From a virus (taxonomy: Duplodnaviria > Caudoviricetes): a stretch of DNA of 64,000 nucleotides. Within the stretch, counting starts at the first letter, position 1. Each line of letters opens with the position of its first letter. Positions 37,467 through 45,693 of this stretch are shown here, in pieces. A program made the position numbers and the translations under genes. Where the stretch lies: the IMG/VR virus record IMGVR_UViG_2728369266_000003, positions 1,258 through 65,257 of that record, one strand, 5' to 3'. A model generated the notes under the pieces. That model did no database searches, had not been told where the DNA came from, and saw only the letters and a program-made list of their open reading frames with translations.

Positions 37467-39458
37467 GTGGTGGATCAGCGGACTCAGCAGGCGATCCAGC
37501 GGCTTGGCGCGGAGATCGCGCGGCTGCAGCAGCAGGTGACTTCGCTGTCCCGTGGCTCCCGGACGCCGCAGCTCCGCCAGTCCTCGATTGATGATGGCGC
37601 GTTGGAGGTGCGGGACTCAGACGGCACACGGCGAATGATCATCGGTCGGCTCCCGGACGGCAACTACGGCGAACTAGCCGAGGGGGGTGCCCCGGTCGGC
37701 GCCCCGACCGCGCCAACGGTGACGCCATCCCTCGGCGGCCTCCGCATCACCTGGGACGGTGCGCTCGCGGATGCCGACGCGGCGGTGCCGGGGGATTTCG
37801 ACCACATGGCCGTCCACATCAGCACGAGCAGCGGGTTCGTGCCGTCTGCGGCGACCTACGTGGGGACGATCCGCCGGGCCGGTGAGGGCGGGATGCTGCC
37901 CGTGGTGCCGCTCCCGTATGTGCCGCACTACGTGGCGCTGGTGCCGGTCAACACCAGCGGCATCCCCGGAACCCCCAGCGCCGAGGTGGCCGCCACACCC
38001 CTCCAGGTGACCGCGCCGGACATCACCGCAGGGAGCATCCACGCCGTCCACATCGCCGCTGGCGCCGTCGAGGCGGACAAACTCGAAGCGGTCCTTGCCC
38101 TGGTGACGACCATCATTGCGGGCATTCCTGGCGAGGCTCGGGTCGAACTCGACCAGGACGGCCTGCGCGGCTACAACGAGGCGAACGAGCTGATCTTCGC
38201 TGTCGACTCGTCCGGCAACGCGATCTTCAGCGGGAACATCACCGGATCGGTGATCAGCGGCTCCAGCATGCAGGTCGGGCAGGCGCCCGGCGCGACCGGC
38301 ATCACCGAGGCGTCCGGCGACGCCGTGTACAACATGGTCACCGCCGCAAACAACTCCCGCGCCCAAATCCGCGCCGACTCCTCGCAGGCGGAGTTCTCCG
38401 CGTTCTCCGACGCCGCCAACCCCAACGCGCCCAGCACCGGGTTCATCGCCGCCCCCACCCATGTCAGTTTCGTACTGAATTCCGACAACGCGGGCGGTTC
38501 GACCCCCGCAGTGGCGGGAAGCGCTAGCCCGACCCAGGCGTTCCTGGCGGTCCGCTCGGAGGCGGACGACCTGACCGCGCCCCGCTGCGACACCGTCGCT
38601 ACCGCAGGCAGCGTGACCACCGTCTACCAGGCGGCGTCCGGTGCGGGTATGCGGCTGCGCGCCGATGGCACCTACTCGGTGGTGGAGATGACCACCCCGC
38701 CGAGCGGGGCGGGGAACCCTCCGGCCGGGTTCGGCAGCCTGTACGCGCTGCGCCGGTCCACTGACGTGCCCGCCCTACAGTTGCAGTCTCCGGCGTCCAC
38801 CTCGGGGGCTGGCCAGGGGCTGCGGTCGGCGGCGTTCATCGAAGGCGCCACCACCACGCGACCCTACGCCCGGATCCAGACCTACGCTCGGGATTACGAC
38901 CTGTCCGGGCAGATCCTGGACGATGGGACCCAGGACACGGCCAACCACGGCCGTGTCGCGCTGGCCAGCAATCTTTCCATCAGTGCGCCGCGCCACGAGC
39001 CGGTCAGCACCGCGCTGCTGGCGCAACCCACCACCGCATCCCCGTCGAATGGGGCGTGGGTGGACTTCACCGAAGCGCAGTTCCCGGCGCTGGCGTTCAC
39101 CACGGCCGCCTCCGGCCTGGTCGAGATCAAGATTCTGTTCTGTGGGATCAACAAGTACACGGATACGTCGTCGCTCGCGCTCGGCTTCCGGTTGAGCGGC
39201 GGCTCCACCGTGGCGGCCTCCCTGAAACGGTGCGCGCTGATCCGCTCCACCGGCACCGGGACCGGGTCCAGCATCCAGGCCAGCGCGACCCTGCCGCCCT
39301 TGGCGCTGGCGGCCAACACCGCCTACACCCTCACGCCCCAGTGGCGCACCAGCGGCTCAGCGGTGTCCTCACCCGTCCAGAACTGGACCACGACCAGCGG
39401 CGATCTGTGGATTGACACTGCCCTGGAGAACAGCATCACCGTCGAACCCCTCATGTAG
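37467..39458 (+). CDS. Tail fibre / receptor-binding protein with FN3-like domain
   Basis: N-terminal coiled coil, PTAPTVTPSLGGLRITWDG. Confidence 0.75.
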   Translation: MVDQRTQQAIQRLGAEIARLQQQVTSLSRGSRTPQLRQSSIDDGALEVRDSDGTRRMIIGRLPDGNYGELAEGGAPVGAPTAPTVTPSLGGLRITWDGALADADAAVPGDFDHMAVHISTSSGFVPSAATYVGTIRRAGEGGMLPVVPLPYVPHYVALVPVNTSGIPGTPSAEVAATPLQVTAPDITAGSIHAVHIAAGAVEADKLEAVLALVTTIIAGIPGEARVELDQDGLRGYNEANELIFAVDSSGNAIFSGNITGSVISGSSMQVGQAPGATGITEASGDAVYNMVTAANNSRAQIRADSSQAEFSAFSDAANPNAPSTGFIAAPTHVSFVLNSDNAGGSTPAVAGSASPTQAFLAVRSEADDLTAPRCDTVATAGSVTTVYQAASGAGMRLRADGTYSVVEMTTPPSGAGNPPAGFGSLYALRRSTDVPALQLQSPASTSGAGQGLRSAAFIEGATTTRPYARIQTYARDYDLSGQILDDGTQDTANHGRVALASNLSISAPRHEPVSTALLAQPTTASPSNGAWVDFTEAQFPALAFTTAASGLVEIKILFCGINKYTDTSSLALGFRLSGGSTVAASLKRCALIRSTGTGTGSSIQASATLPPLALAANTAYTLTPQWRTSGSAVSSPVQNWTTTSGDLWIDTALENSITVEPLM

Positions 39459-39466
39459 GAGACACC

Positions 39467-39622
39467 GTGACCGAGCAGCCCGGCACCCCACCCGAACTGA
39501 ACGACGACATCCCGCCGCCGCCCCCGGAGCCGCCCACCCAGCCGCCCGTGGACCCGCCCGAGATCCCCGAGGAGCCGGTGGTGGTGCCCGAGTACCCGCC
39601 AGACCCGCCCTACGACGGGTGA
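39467..39622 (+). CDS. 51-aa Pro/Glu-rich small protein
   Basis: AGGAG SD; not in ORF track. Confidence 0.55.
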   Translation: MTEQPGTPPELNDDIPPPPPEPPTQPPVDPPEIPEEPVVVPEYPPDPPYDG

Positions 39623-39665
39623 CGGTTCGGAACAGTTCGGTCCATCTGAGGTGGGGTGATGGCTC

Positions 39666-40436
39666 GTGGCGCTCATCGACGAGCTGGTCGATCCCGCCGT
39701 GCACGCCGAACTCGAAGCCGTCGAAGAACAAGCAGAGGCCGAGGTCGAAGCGGCGGTCGATGAGCAGGCGGCCGCGCTCGGGCTGACCGCGGCGGCGCTG
39801 GTGGCGGCTGCTCCGGCTGTGGTGGCGGCGGTCTCGGCCGCTGTCCTGGCCGCTGTGCCGCTCGGCGCCCGCATCGCCCTCGGTGCGGCCCGGCCGCAGC
39901 GTCCTCGCCGGGGCGGGCGTCTTCCTGCGCCGGGGGCGGTGGATGTGCGGGGTGCGGTCCGTGACGCGGTGCGCGGCGGGGTGGAGGCGCTGCGGGACGC
40001 CCCGGAGGAGCAGCGCCCCGTTGTGTTCGGTCGGGCGCGGGACTGGTTCGGTGTCACGGCGCGGGATGTGACGCAACGCGGCGCCTCGGCCGGCGCTCAG
40101 GCGGCTGCTCGCCGCGCGGGCGCGGCGGGACTGCTGTGGGTGGCGGAGCGGGACGCGTGCTTGCAGTGCGCCCGCTACAGCGGCGAAACCAGCCCCACCG
40201 GAGCATTCCGCGCGGGCCTGAGTTTCGACCGGGCCTACGTCTGGACGAGTTTCTCCGGTCAGCCGCCGCTGCACCCGAACTGCCGGTGCGTCCTCGTCCT
40301 GTACTGGCCCGGCTCCACCCTCCCGGGCGCCCTTCGCCGTGAGGCGCGCGCCGCTGTCCTCGCCCACGCCAGCACATCAGCCAGCCACGCCGCCGCCACC
40401 CGGGCCGCGGCCCGACTCGGGAGGACAGCAGCATGA
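39666..40436 (+). CDS. MuF-like head morphogenesis protein (displaced)
   Basis: WVAERDACLQC...PPLHPNCRC. Confidence 0.8.
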   Translation: MALIDELVDPAVHAELEAVEEQAEAEVEAAVDEQAAALGLTAAALVAAAPAVVAAVSAAVLAAVPLGARIALGAARPQRPRRGGRLPAPGAVDVRGAVRDAVRGGVEALRDAPEEQRPVVFGRARDWFGVTARDVTQRGASAGAQAAARRAGAAGLLWVAERDACLQCARYSGETSPTGAFRAGLSFDRAYVWTSFSGQPPLHPNCRCVLVLYWPGSTLPGALRREARAAVLAHASTSASHAAATRAAARLGRTAA

Positions 40437-40454
40437 GACACCCCTGGGCCTCCC

Positions 40455-40835
40455 GTGCTTGACGATCTCACCCCCGGGGAGATGGCGCGGGGCCTCAACC
40501 GGCAGGAACACGCGTTGAACGCGTTCCGCTCCGAGGTGGCCGCACGCTTCGACCGAACCCCCTCCATGGAGCTGTACACAGTGCAGCACCAACGCATGCT
40601 GGAGAAGATCGCCGAGCTTGAAGCTGACCTCGCGGCCGAGCGGCAGGCCCGCGCAGTAGAGGTCGCCGCTGTCCGCAAAGCCCACGAGGACTACGTCAAA
40701 GCCGAAGCGGAAACGCGGAAGGAAGACGTCAAAGAGCGGCTGAACAACAAGCGATTGATGTTCACGGCACTTATCGCCCCAATCGCGTTGATCCTCCTCC
40801 AGCTCTACTTCGCAGCGCAGGGGTGGGTTCGGTGA
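40455..40835 (+). CDS. Membrane protein with coiled coil and C-terminal TM
   Basis: Typical post-tail lysis-region gene; start uncertain. Confidence 0.7.
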   Translation: MLDDLTPGEMARGLNRQEHALNAFRSEVAARFDRTPSMELYTVQHQRMLEKIAELEADLAAERQARAVEVAAVRKAHEDYVKAEAETRKEDVKERLNNKRLMFTALIAPIALILLQLYFAAQGWVR

Positions 40836-41449
40836 GGGCACACATGCGGCGCTTCGGCAGCCGATTCCAGTTGGGTGCGGTCGGGTTCGCTGTCGCGGTC
40901 ACGGTGGCGCTGTGCGGCGTTGTGATTGTGGTGCAGACCAACGCGCAGGCATTGAGTCAGGCGCGGGCGGACATGACGGAACTCGCCGACCAAGTGCGGG
41001 AACTGGGCGGGGTTCCTGTGGTGACGCCGCCCCCCGATCCGCCGTTGATGGGTGAGCCGCCAGCGGCCGATCATCCCGAACCGGTGGGACCGTCCGATGC
41101 TCAGGTGTACGCGGCTGTGGCGGCGTACCTGGAGGGGAATCCGCCTCCGCCGGGTGACGACGGCGCGGATGGTGAGGACGGGGAGCGGGGCCCGGGGCCG
41201 ACCGAGGATCAGATCGCGGAGGCGGTCGGCAGGTACTTCACGGAGAACCCGGTTTCGCCGGGACCCGTTGGTCCTGCTGGCCCTGCGGGGGCTGATGGGG
41301 CGCCGGGCCAGGACGGCTCTGATGGTGTGGATGGTGAACCGGGGCGTCCGCCTACGGCGGAGGAGATCTACGCTGCGGTGGAGCGGTATTGCCAGACGAA
41401 CGGGTGTCCGCCGGAGGAGACGGCGGAGCCGAGCCCGGGACCGTCATAG
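40832..41449 (+). CDS. Membrane-anchored collagen-like protein
   Basis: N-terminal TM, coiled coil, two Gly-X-Y runs, C-terminal Cys pair. Confidence 0.8.
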   Translation: MRAHMRRFGSRFQLGAVGFAVAVTVALCGVVIVVQTNAQALSQARADMTELADQVRELGGVPVVTPPPDPPLMGEPPAADHPEPVGPSDAQVYAAVAAYLEGNPPPPGDDGADGEDGERGPGPTEDQIAEAVGRYFTENPVSPGPVGPAGPAGADGAPGQDGSDGVDGEPGRPPTAEEIYAAVERYCQTNGCPPEETAEPSPGPS

Positions 41450-41468
41450 AACTGTGCGGCTAGTGATT

Positions 41469-41503
41469 GGCCCCGCATCTCTTCGGAGGTGCGGGGCCGT
41501 TTT
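41469..41503 (+). terminator. Intrinsic terminator ending late operon
   Basis: 13-bp stem, cUUCGg loop, T-tract. Confidence 0.9.
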
Positions 41504-41565
41504 CGTATGCCCACCTTGGGTTGCTCGTGACTCTGTCAAGCCCGCACGCCGGGCAGCAGCGGTCC

Positions 41566-42543
41566 ATGGCCCGGATCGAGCCGATGCTGGCGAAGCTCGT
41601 CGAGAAGATTCCCGAGCCGGGCGCCTGCCGGGGCGGCTGCCGCTACGAACCCAAGCTCGACGGCTTCCGGGCGCTCGGAACGGTCGCAGAGCGGGGCGCC
41701 GGCCTGACCTCCCGCACCGGCAAATCCCTGAGCGCGGTCTTTCCTGAGGTGCGCGATGCGCTGTTCGACCGGTTGCCGGAGTGCACGGTGGACGGGGAGA
41801 TCGTTCACTGGACCGGGCAGCGATTCGACTTCAACGCCCTGCTCAGGAGGAACGCGACCAGGGGCGGGTGGCGGGCACTGGAACTCGCCGCGCAGGAACC
41901 CGCCTACCTCATCGTGTTCGATCTTCTCGAAATCCAAGGTGAGTCGCTGCTGCGCCGACCCCTGACCGAGCGCCGTGGTCGCCTGGAGGAGGTCTTCGCC
42001 GACGTGCCGCGCCCGTCGCTGATCCAGCTCGGGATGCAGACCGCCGACGTGGAGGTGGCGCGGGAGTGGGTGGAGGCGCTGGGACCCCTCGGTGTGGAAG
42101 GTCTGGTGATCAAAGCCGCCGACGGGGCGTACACGCCCGCGAAGCGGGGCTGGTCGAAATGGCGGATCCGCGACACGATCGACGTGATCGTCGGCGGCGT
42201 CACCGGGAAGGCGACGTCCCCCCGCGAGCTGGTGCTCGGACGCTACGACACCGCAGGCAGGCTGGTGATCGTGGGCCGCTCCACACCGCTGCGCACCGCC
42301 GAGGCCGCCGACCTCGCCGGGCGACTCCACCCGGCCGGCCCACACCACCCCTGGCCGGAGACCCTGCCGCCCCGGTGGGGGAGCCGCACCCGCACCCGGT
42401 ATGTGCGGGTGCGCCCCGAGCTGGTGGTGGAGGTGTCAGCGGACGTCGCCCAGGACCAGGGGCGGATGAGGCATCCGGCCAGGTACGTCCGCCCCCGCAA
42501 CGACGTGGGGCCGGAGGACGTGCCAGTCGTCCCCGAACGGTGA
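41566..42543 (+). CDS. ATP-dependent DNA ligase (LigC-like)
   Basis: EPKLDGFR, VDGEIV, IVFDLL, EGLVIK; OB domain ELVVEVS. Confidence 0.93.
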   Translation: MARIEPMLAKLVEKIPEPGACRGGCRYEPKLDGFRALGTVAERGAGLTSRTGKSLSAVFPEVRDALFDRLPECTVDGEIVHWTGQRFDFNALLRRNATRGGWRALELAAQEPAYLIVFDLLEIQGESLLRRPLTERRGRLEEVFADVPRPSLIQLGMQTADVEVAREWVEALGPLGVEGLVIKAADGAYTPAKRGWSKWRIRDTIDVIVGGVTGKATSPRELVLGRYDTAGRLVIVGRSTPLRTAEAADLAGRLHPAGPHHPWPETLPPRWGSRTRTRYVRVRPELVVEVSADVAQDQGRMRHPARYVRPRNDVGPEDVPVVPER

Positions 42544-42546
42544 CGT

Positions 42547-42567
42547 TCGAACGCGTGTTCGTATCCT
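42547..42567 (+). promoter_or_regulatory. LexA box abutting -10 TATCCT
   Basis: TCGAAC-GCGT-GTTCGT (11/12 to consensus); ATG 6 nt after the -10. Confidence 0.7.
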
Positions 42568-42573
42568 GGGGTG

Positions 42574-42912
42574 ATGGCTCTCCCTGCCGGCTACCCGCGC
42601 CCCCAGCCGCCCCTGGACCCGCCCGCAGACGCGCCGCCGGACGCCGTGCGGGTCGAGGAGTTCGTGCCTGAGGACGTGGCGCCGTGGTATCCGCCTGGTG
42701 GGGACACGGCGGTGTGGGTGCGGACCGGCGGCGTCTGGCGGTATGGGTGGGTGCACGGCTGGAAGCGCCACCCGGGCGGGAGGTGGGGGGCGTGGATCGG
42801 GCTCGCGCACGTCGACGGGGAGCATCCGGCGGGGCTGTGGGCGTGGTGGTGGTGGGACGGGGTCAGCGTGCGGCGGCGGCAGTCGTCCGGCGCTGCGAGC
42901 ACTCCGCGATGA
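42574..42912 (+). CDS. Trp-rich SH3-like protein, probably leaderless and SOS-induced
   Basis: VWVRTGGVWRYGWVHGW...W. Confidence 0.7.
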   Translation: MALPAGYPRPQPPLDPPADAPPDAVRVEEFVPEDVAPWYPPGGDTAVWVRTGGVWRYGWVHGWKRHPGGRWGAWIGLAHVDGEHPAGLWAWWWWDGVSVRRRQSSGAASTPR

Positions 42913-42916
42913 TCAT

Positions 42917-42943
42917 CCGCCCTTGATCCACGCTCAAGGGCGG
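42917..42943. terminator. Hairpin between convergent units
   Basis: CCGCCCTTGA / TCAAGGGCGG. Confidence 0.7.
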
Positions 42944-43115
42944 GGTTCATCCTGGGGAGCTGGGCGGGTCAGTGCTCCACGAGTTCGGGGCGGTGGTGCT
43001 GGACGATCCCCTCCTCACCGGGGCGCTCACAGGGTGTCGTCCCAGCAGTCTTGGCACACGTCATCCCCGGTGATCGTGGACTCCATCCGCTCGGAGGCGG
43101 CCCTGTCCGGCCGGG

Positions 43116-44534
43116 TCACGCCGGGGCGGGTTCGGCGATCTCGGCGATCTCGTTGCAGAGCCTGCGCGAGGACCACAGGACCAGGCCGACCAGGTCCACG
43201 ACGTGGCTGTTGCTGGTTTCGTGGGCGGCGACCTTCATCGCCTGCTCCGCGGCGTCGGTCACGAAGGCGGTGAACAGGTCGACGGCCTGGCGCTCGGCGT
43301 CGTCGCCGCCGCGCAGCAGCCGCCGCAGGTCGTTCTCCCACTGCGGGCGGGCGGCGTCGACGGCGGCCCGCGCCGCTCCCGCCGCGACGGGTTCGCGGTC
43401 CCGCTGGTAGGCCTTCGCGGTGACCTCCCCGATGCCGTCCTCGGCCGTCTTCAGCATCGCGACCAGCCGCCCCAGGCGGGCGTGGGCGGCCGTCTCGGGC
43501 ACCAGCGCGGAGGCGGGCAGCGCGATCTCGCGGCGGGTGGTGTCTTCCACCGTCGCCCCGTGGAGGTTGGTGATCATCTCGGTGGTCTCCACCCCGATCA
43601 GTCCGTCCACGTGGTGGTGGCGCGCGGCCAGCCACCCCGCCACCGCCGGCGCGGCGTCGGCGTCTTCGTACAGGCCGGGGACGGTGAACTGCAGACCCCG
43701 GGCGCAGACCTCGCGGTGGCTCGCGCTGGCGGACTGGCCGCGCCCGATCAGCGGGTCGGGGTGGGACTTGAGGTCATCCCCGGCGCACACCACCACGGTG
43801 CGCACCATCCCGTCGTCGTCGCGAACCAGGCGGATGCGGCGGCTGGGCCAGCACAGGTAGTCCACCATCCCGGCCGGGGAGCGGTCCTTGCGGCGCTCGG
43901 TGACGGGCTCGGTGCGCTCCCACCAGCCCTCGCCGCGCGGCGCCTCGGCGCCGGGGGCGAGGTTGAGCAGCAGGGTGCGGCCCAGGTCGGGGCCCAGCAG
44001 CCGGGTGTGGGTGCGGCGCCCCACCGACCCCAGCGGCACCCCGGCCTCACGCCCGCCGCCGTGCTTGCCGCGGATGCCGCCGGTGTCATAGGCGTGGCAC
44101 CACACCAGCCACCGGGCCGCCTCGGCCGGACTCAGGGCGGTGGGGCGCGCCCAGGTCATCCCGCCGCCGCCGGCCCGCCCGTAGGCGGTGATCTTCTCCA
44201 CCGGGTTGAGGGTGCCCTCCACCGGGTCCTGGGCGAAGGGGCGGTCGGGGTCCAACAGCCGCCAGCGGCCGGCCCCGATGCGCTCCAGGGCGTCCAGGGG
44301 CAGCCCGCCCCGGTACAGGTCGCCCCACCGCCCATCGTCCACGGGCCCGCACAGGCGGTGGGCCACCGCCAGCAGCAACCGGAACAGCGCCACGGTCAGC
44401 GTGGGGTCCTCGGCGCATACGTCGCGGATCGCCCCGGCATCCTCCAGCGCCTGGCGCACCCCCACCTCCCCCACCCGCCCGTCGGCGTAGACCACCGGAA
44501 TCCACGGGTCGGTGAACAGATCCAGGTCACGCAT
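43116..44534 (-). CDS. cas8e: Orphan type I-E Cascade large subunit homolog (Cas8e/Cse1/CasA)
   Basis: DLFTDPWIPV, ALFRLLLAV, RPFAQ, LSPAEAARWLV..HAYDTGGI, LGRTLLLNL, YLCWPSRRIRL match Cse1 motif order. Confidence 0.85.
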   Translation of the reverse strand: MRDLDLFTDPWIPVVYADGRVGEVGVRQALEDAGAIRDVCAEDPTLTVALFRLLLAVAHRLCGPVDDGRWGDLYRGGLPLDALERIGAGRWRLLDPDRPFAQDPVEGTLNPVEKITAYGRAGGGGMTWARPTALSPAEAARWLVWCHAYDTGGIRGKHGGGREAGVPLGSVGRRTHTRLLGPDLGRTLLLNLAPGAEAPRGEGWWERTEPVTERRKDRSPAGMVDYLCWPSRRIRLVRDDDGMVRTVVVCAGDDLKSHPDPLIGRGQSASASHREVCARGLQFTVPGLYEDADAAPAVAGWLAARHHHVDGLIGVETTEMITNLHGATVEDTTRREIALPASALVPETAAHARLGRLVAMLKTAEDGIGEVTAKAYQRDREPVAAGAARAAVDAARPQWENDLRRLLRGGDDAERQAVDLFTAFVTDAAEQAMKVAAHETSNSHVVDLVGLVLWSSRRLCNEIAEIAEPAPA

Positions 44535-45006
44535 GGTCGGCCGCCCGCAGGACCGTGACGCCCTCGGCCTCGCCCTGGCGCACCCAGCCGCCCGCGGCGG
44601 CGTACCCGGCGGCTTTCAGCGCGGCGTCACGGCCGCGCCCGTCCAGCGCGATCACCTCCACCGACGCGGGGTCGTGCACACCGAACCCGTCGACGTCCAT
44701 GATGTGCAGCTCCTCGCCGAAGTCGTAGGCGACCCGCGTGACCTCGATGTCCTTCTTCATCTGCTGGTAGTCCCTCCAGATCTGGCTCAGCCGGGACTCC
44801 TTGAGGCCCAGCTCCTGCGCGGCGCGCCGCTGGGCGGCGGCCTTGCGGATGCCGAGCTGGCGCTCGACCTCCGCGCCGACGATGCGGGCCCGCTCGGCGC
44901 CGACGGCGTGGCTGACCTCGGCGGCGACCTCGGCGAGGACCCGCAGCCGCTCGGGCGCCTCCAGGGCGCCGATCGCCTCCCAGTCGATCGTGTAGTAGCT
45001 GCTCAC
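44527..45006 (-). CDS. HTH-containing protein with extra C-terminal domain (Aca-like position)
   Basis: QRRAAQELGLKESRLSQIW; 8-nt overlap with cas8e start. Confidence 0.75.
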   Translation of the reverse strand: MSSYYTIDWEAIGALEAPERLRVLAEVAAEVSHAVGAERARIVGAEVERQLGIRKAAAQRRAAQELGLKESRLSQIWRDYQQMKKDIEVTRVAYDFGEELHIMDVDGFGVHDPASVEVIALDGRGRDAALKAAGYAAAGGWVRQGEAEGVTVLRAADHA

Positions 45007-45359
45007 GCGTAGACCTCCTCCAACTCGTCCTCGGCGGCGTCGGCGTCTTCGCTGTCGCCGCCGACGGATGCCGCCCATGCGTCGCCCTCGGGGGTGCGGT
45101 GGGCGGGGCGGGCGTGCAGCACGGTGCCCAGGCGGGTCAGGGCGGCCTGGTAGAGGCGGGTGGCGATGCCCTCGCCCCGGTAGGGGGAGGCGGTCTCGAC
45201 GTTGGCGATCACCAGCGTGTCCATGGCCACGTACAGTTCCGAGGCGATCTGGCCGGTGTCGGTGCGGGCCTGGAATCGGTGGTAGTCGGTGGCCTCGCCG
45301 GGGTAGGGCGCGACTGCGTAGGTGATCTCGTAGGCGGTGCCGTGTGCGGTGATGATCAT
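45003..45359 (-). CDS. GNAT-family acetyltransferase with acidic tail
   Basis: IANVET..PYRGEGIATRLYQAA (acetyl-CoA motif A), RTPEGDAWA. Confidence 0.82.
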   Translation of the reverse strand: MIITAHGTAYEITYAVAPYPGEATDYHRFQARTDTGQIASELYVAMDTLVIANVETASPYRGEGIATRLYQAALTRLGTVLHARPAHRTPEGDAWAASVGGDSEDADAAEDELEEVYA

Positions 45360-45391
45360 CTGGCGCTCCCTGGTCCGTGCCGACACCCATA

Positions 45392-45420
45392 AATATAGTC
45401 CCGCTAAAGATTTTTGTCTA
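45392..45420 (-). promoter_or_regulatory. Housekeeping-sigma promoter for GNAT-HTH-cas8e operon
   Basis: TAGACA-N17-TATATT in an AT-rich patch. Confidence 0.75.
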
Positions 45421-45650
45421 GGGGGGCTACACGCGGGGTTGGACCAGGATGGTCAGCCGTCCGCCATGGGCGTCCGATCCGTCACCACACGCCCACTCCG
45501 TGCACCTATGCCGGATCTTTACCCGAGGTGATCTACCTCGGCGCAGCGCCGTCTGCCTATGCTCCAGATCCCCTCGCAGGGCGGCCCCCGGTGGGACGTG
45601 CAGGGCAGCCGCGCCAGGGAGCGCGTTCGGCCCCTTCTCCGGACGCGCAA

Positions 45651-45683
45651 CCGCCCCGGCCCACCTCTCCAGGGCCGGGGCGG
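45651..45683 (-). terminator. Terminator isolating upstream leftward operon
   Basis: CCGCCCCGGCCC / GGGCCGGGGCGG. Confidence 0.7.
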
Positions 45684-45693
45684 ACTTCACCAT

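Noticed and set aside
34560-39458. Diversity-generating retroelement acting on tail genes
   Set aside because: No reverse transcriptase and no TR/VR-like repeat pair noticed
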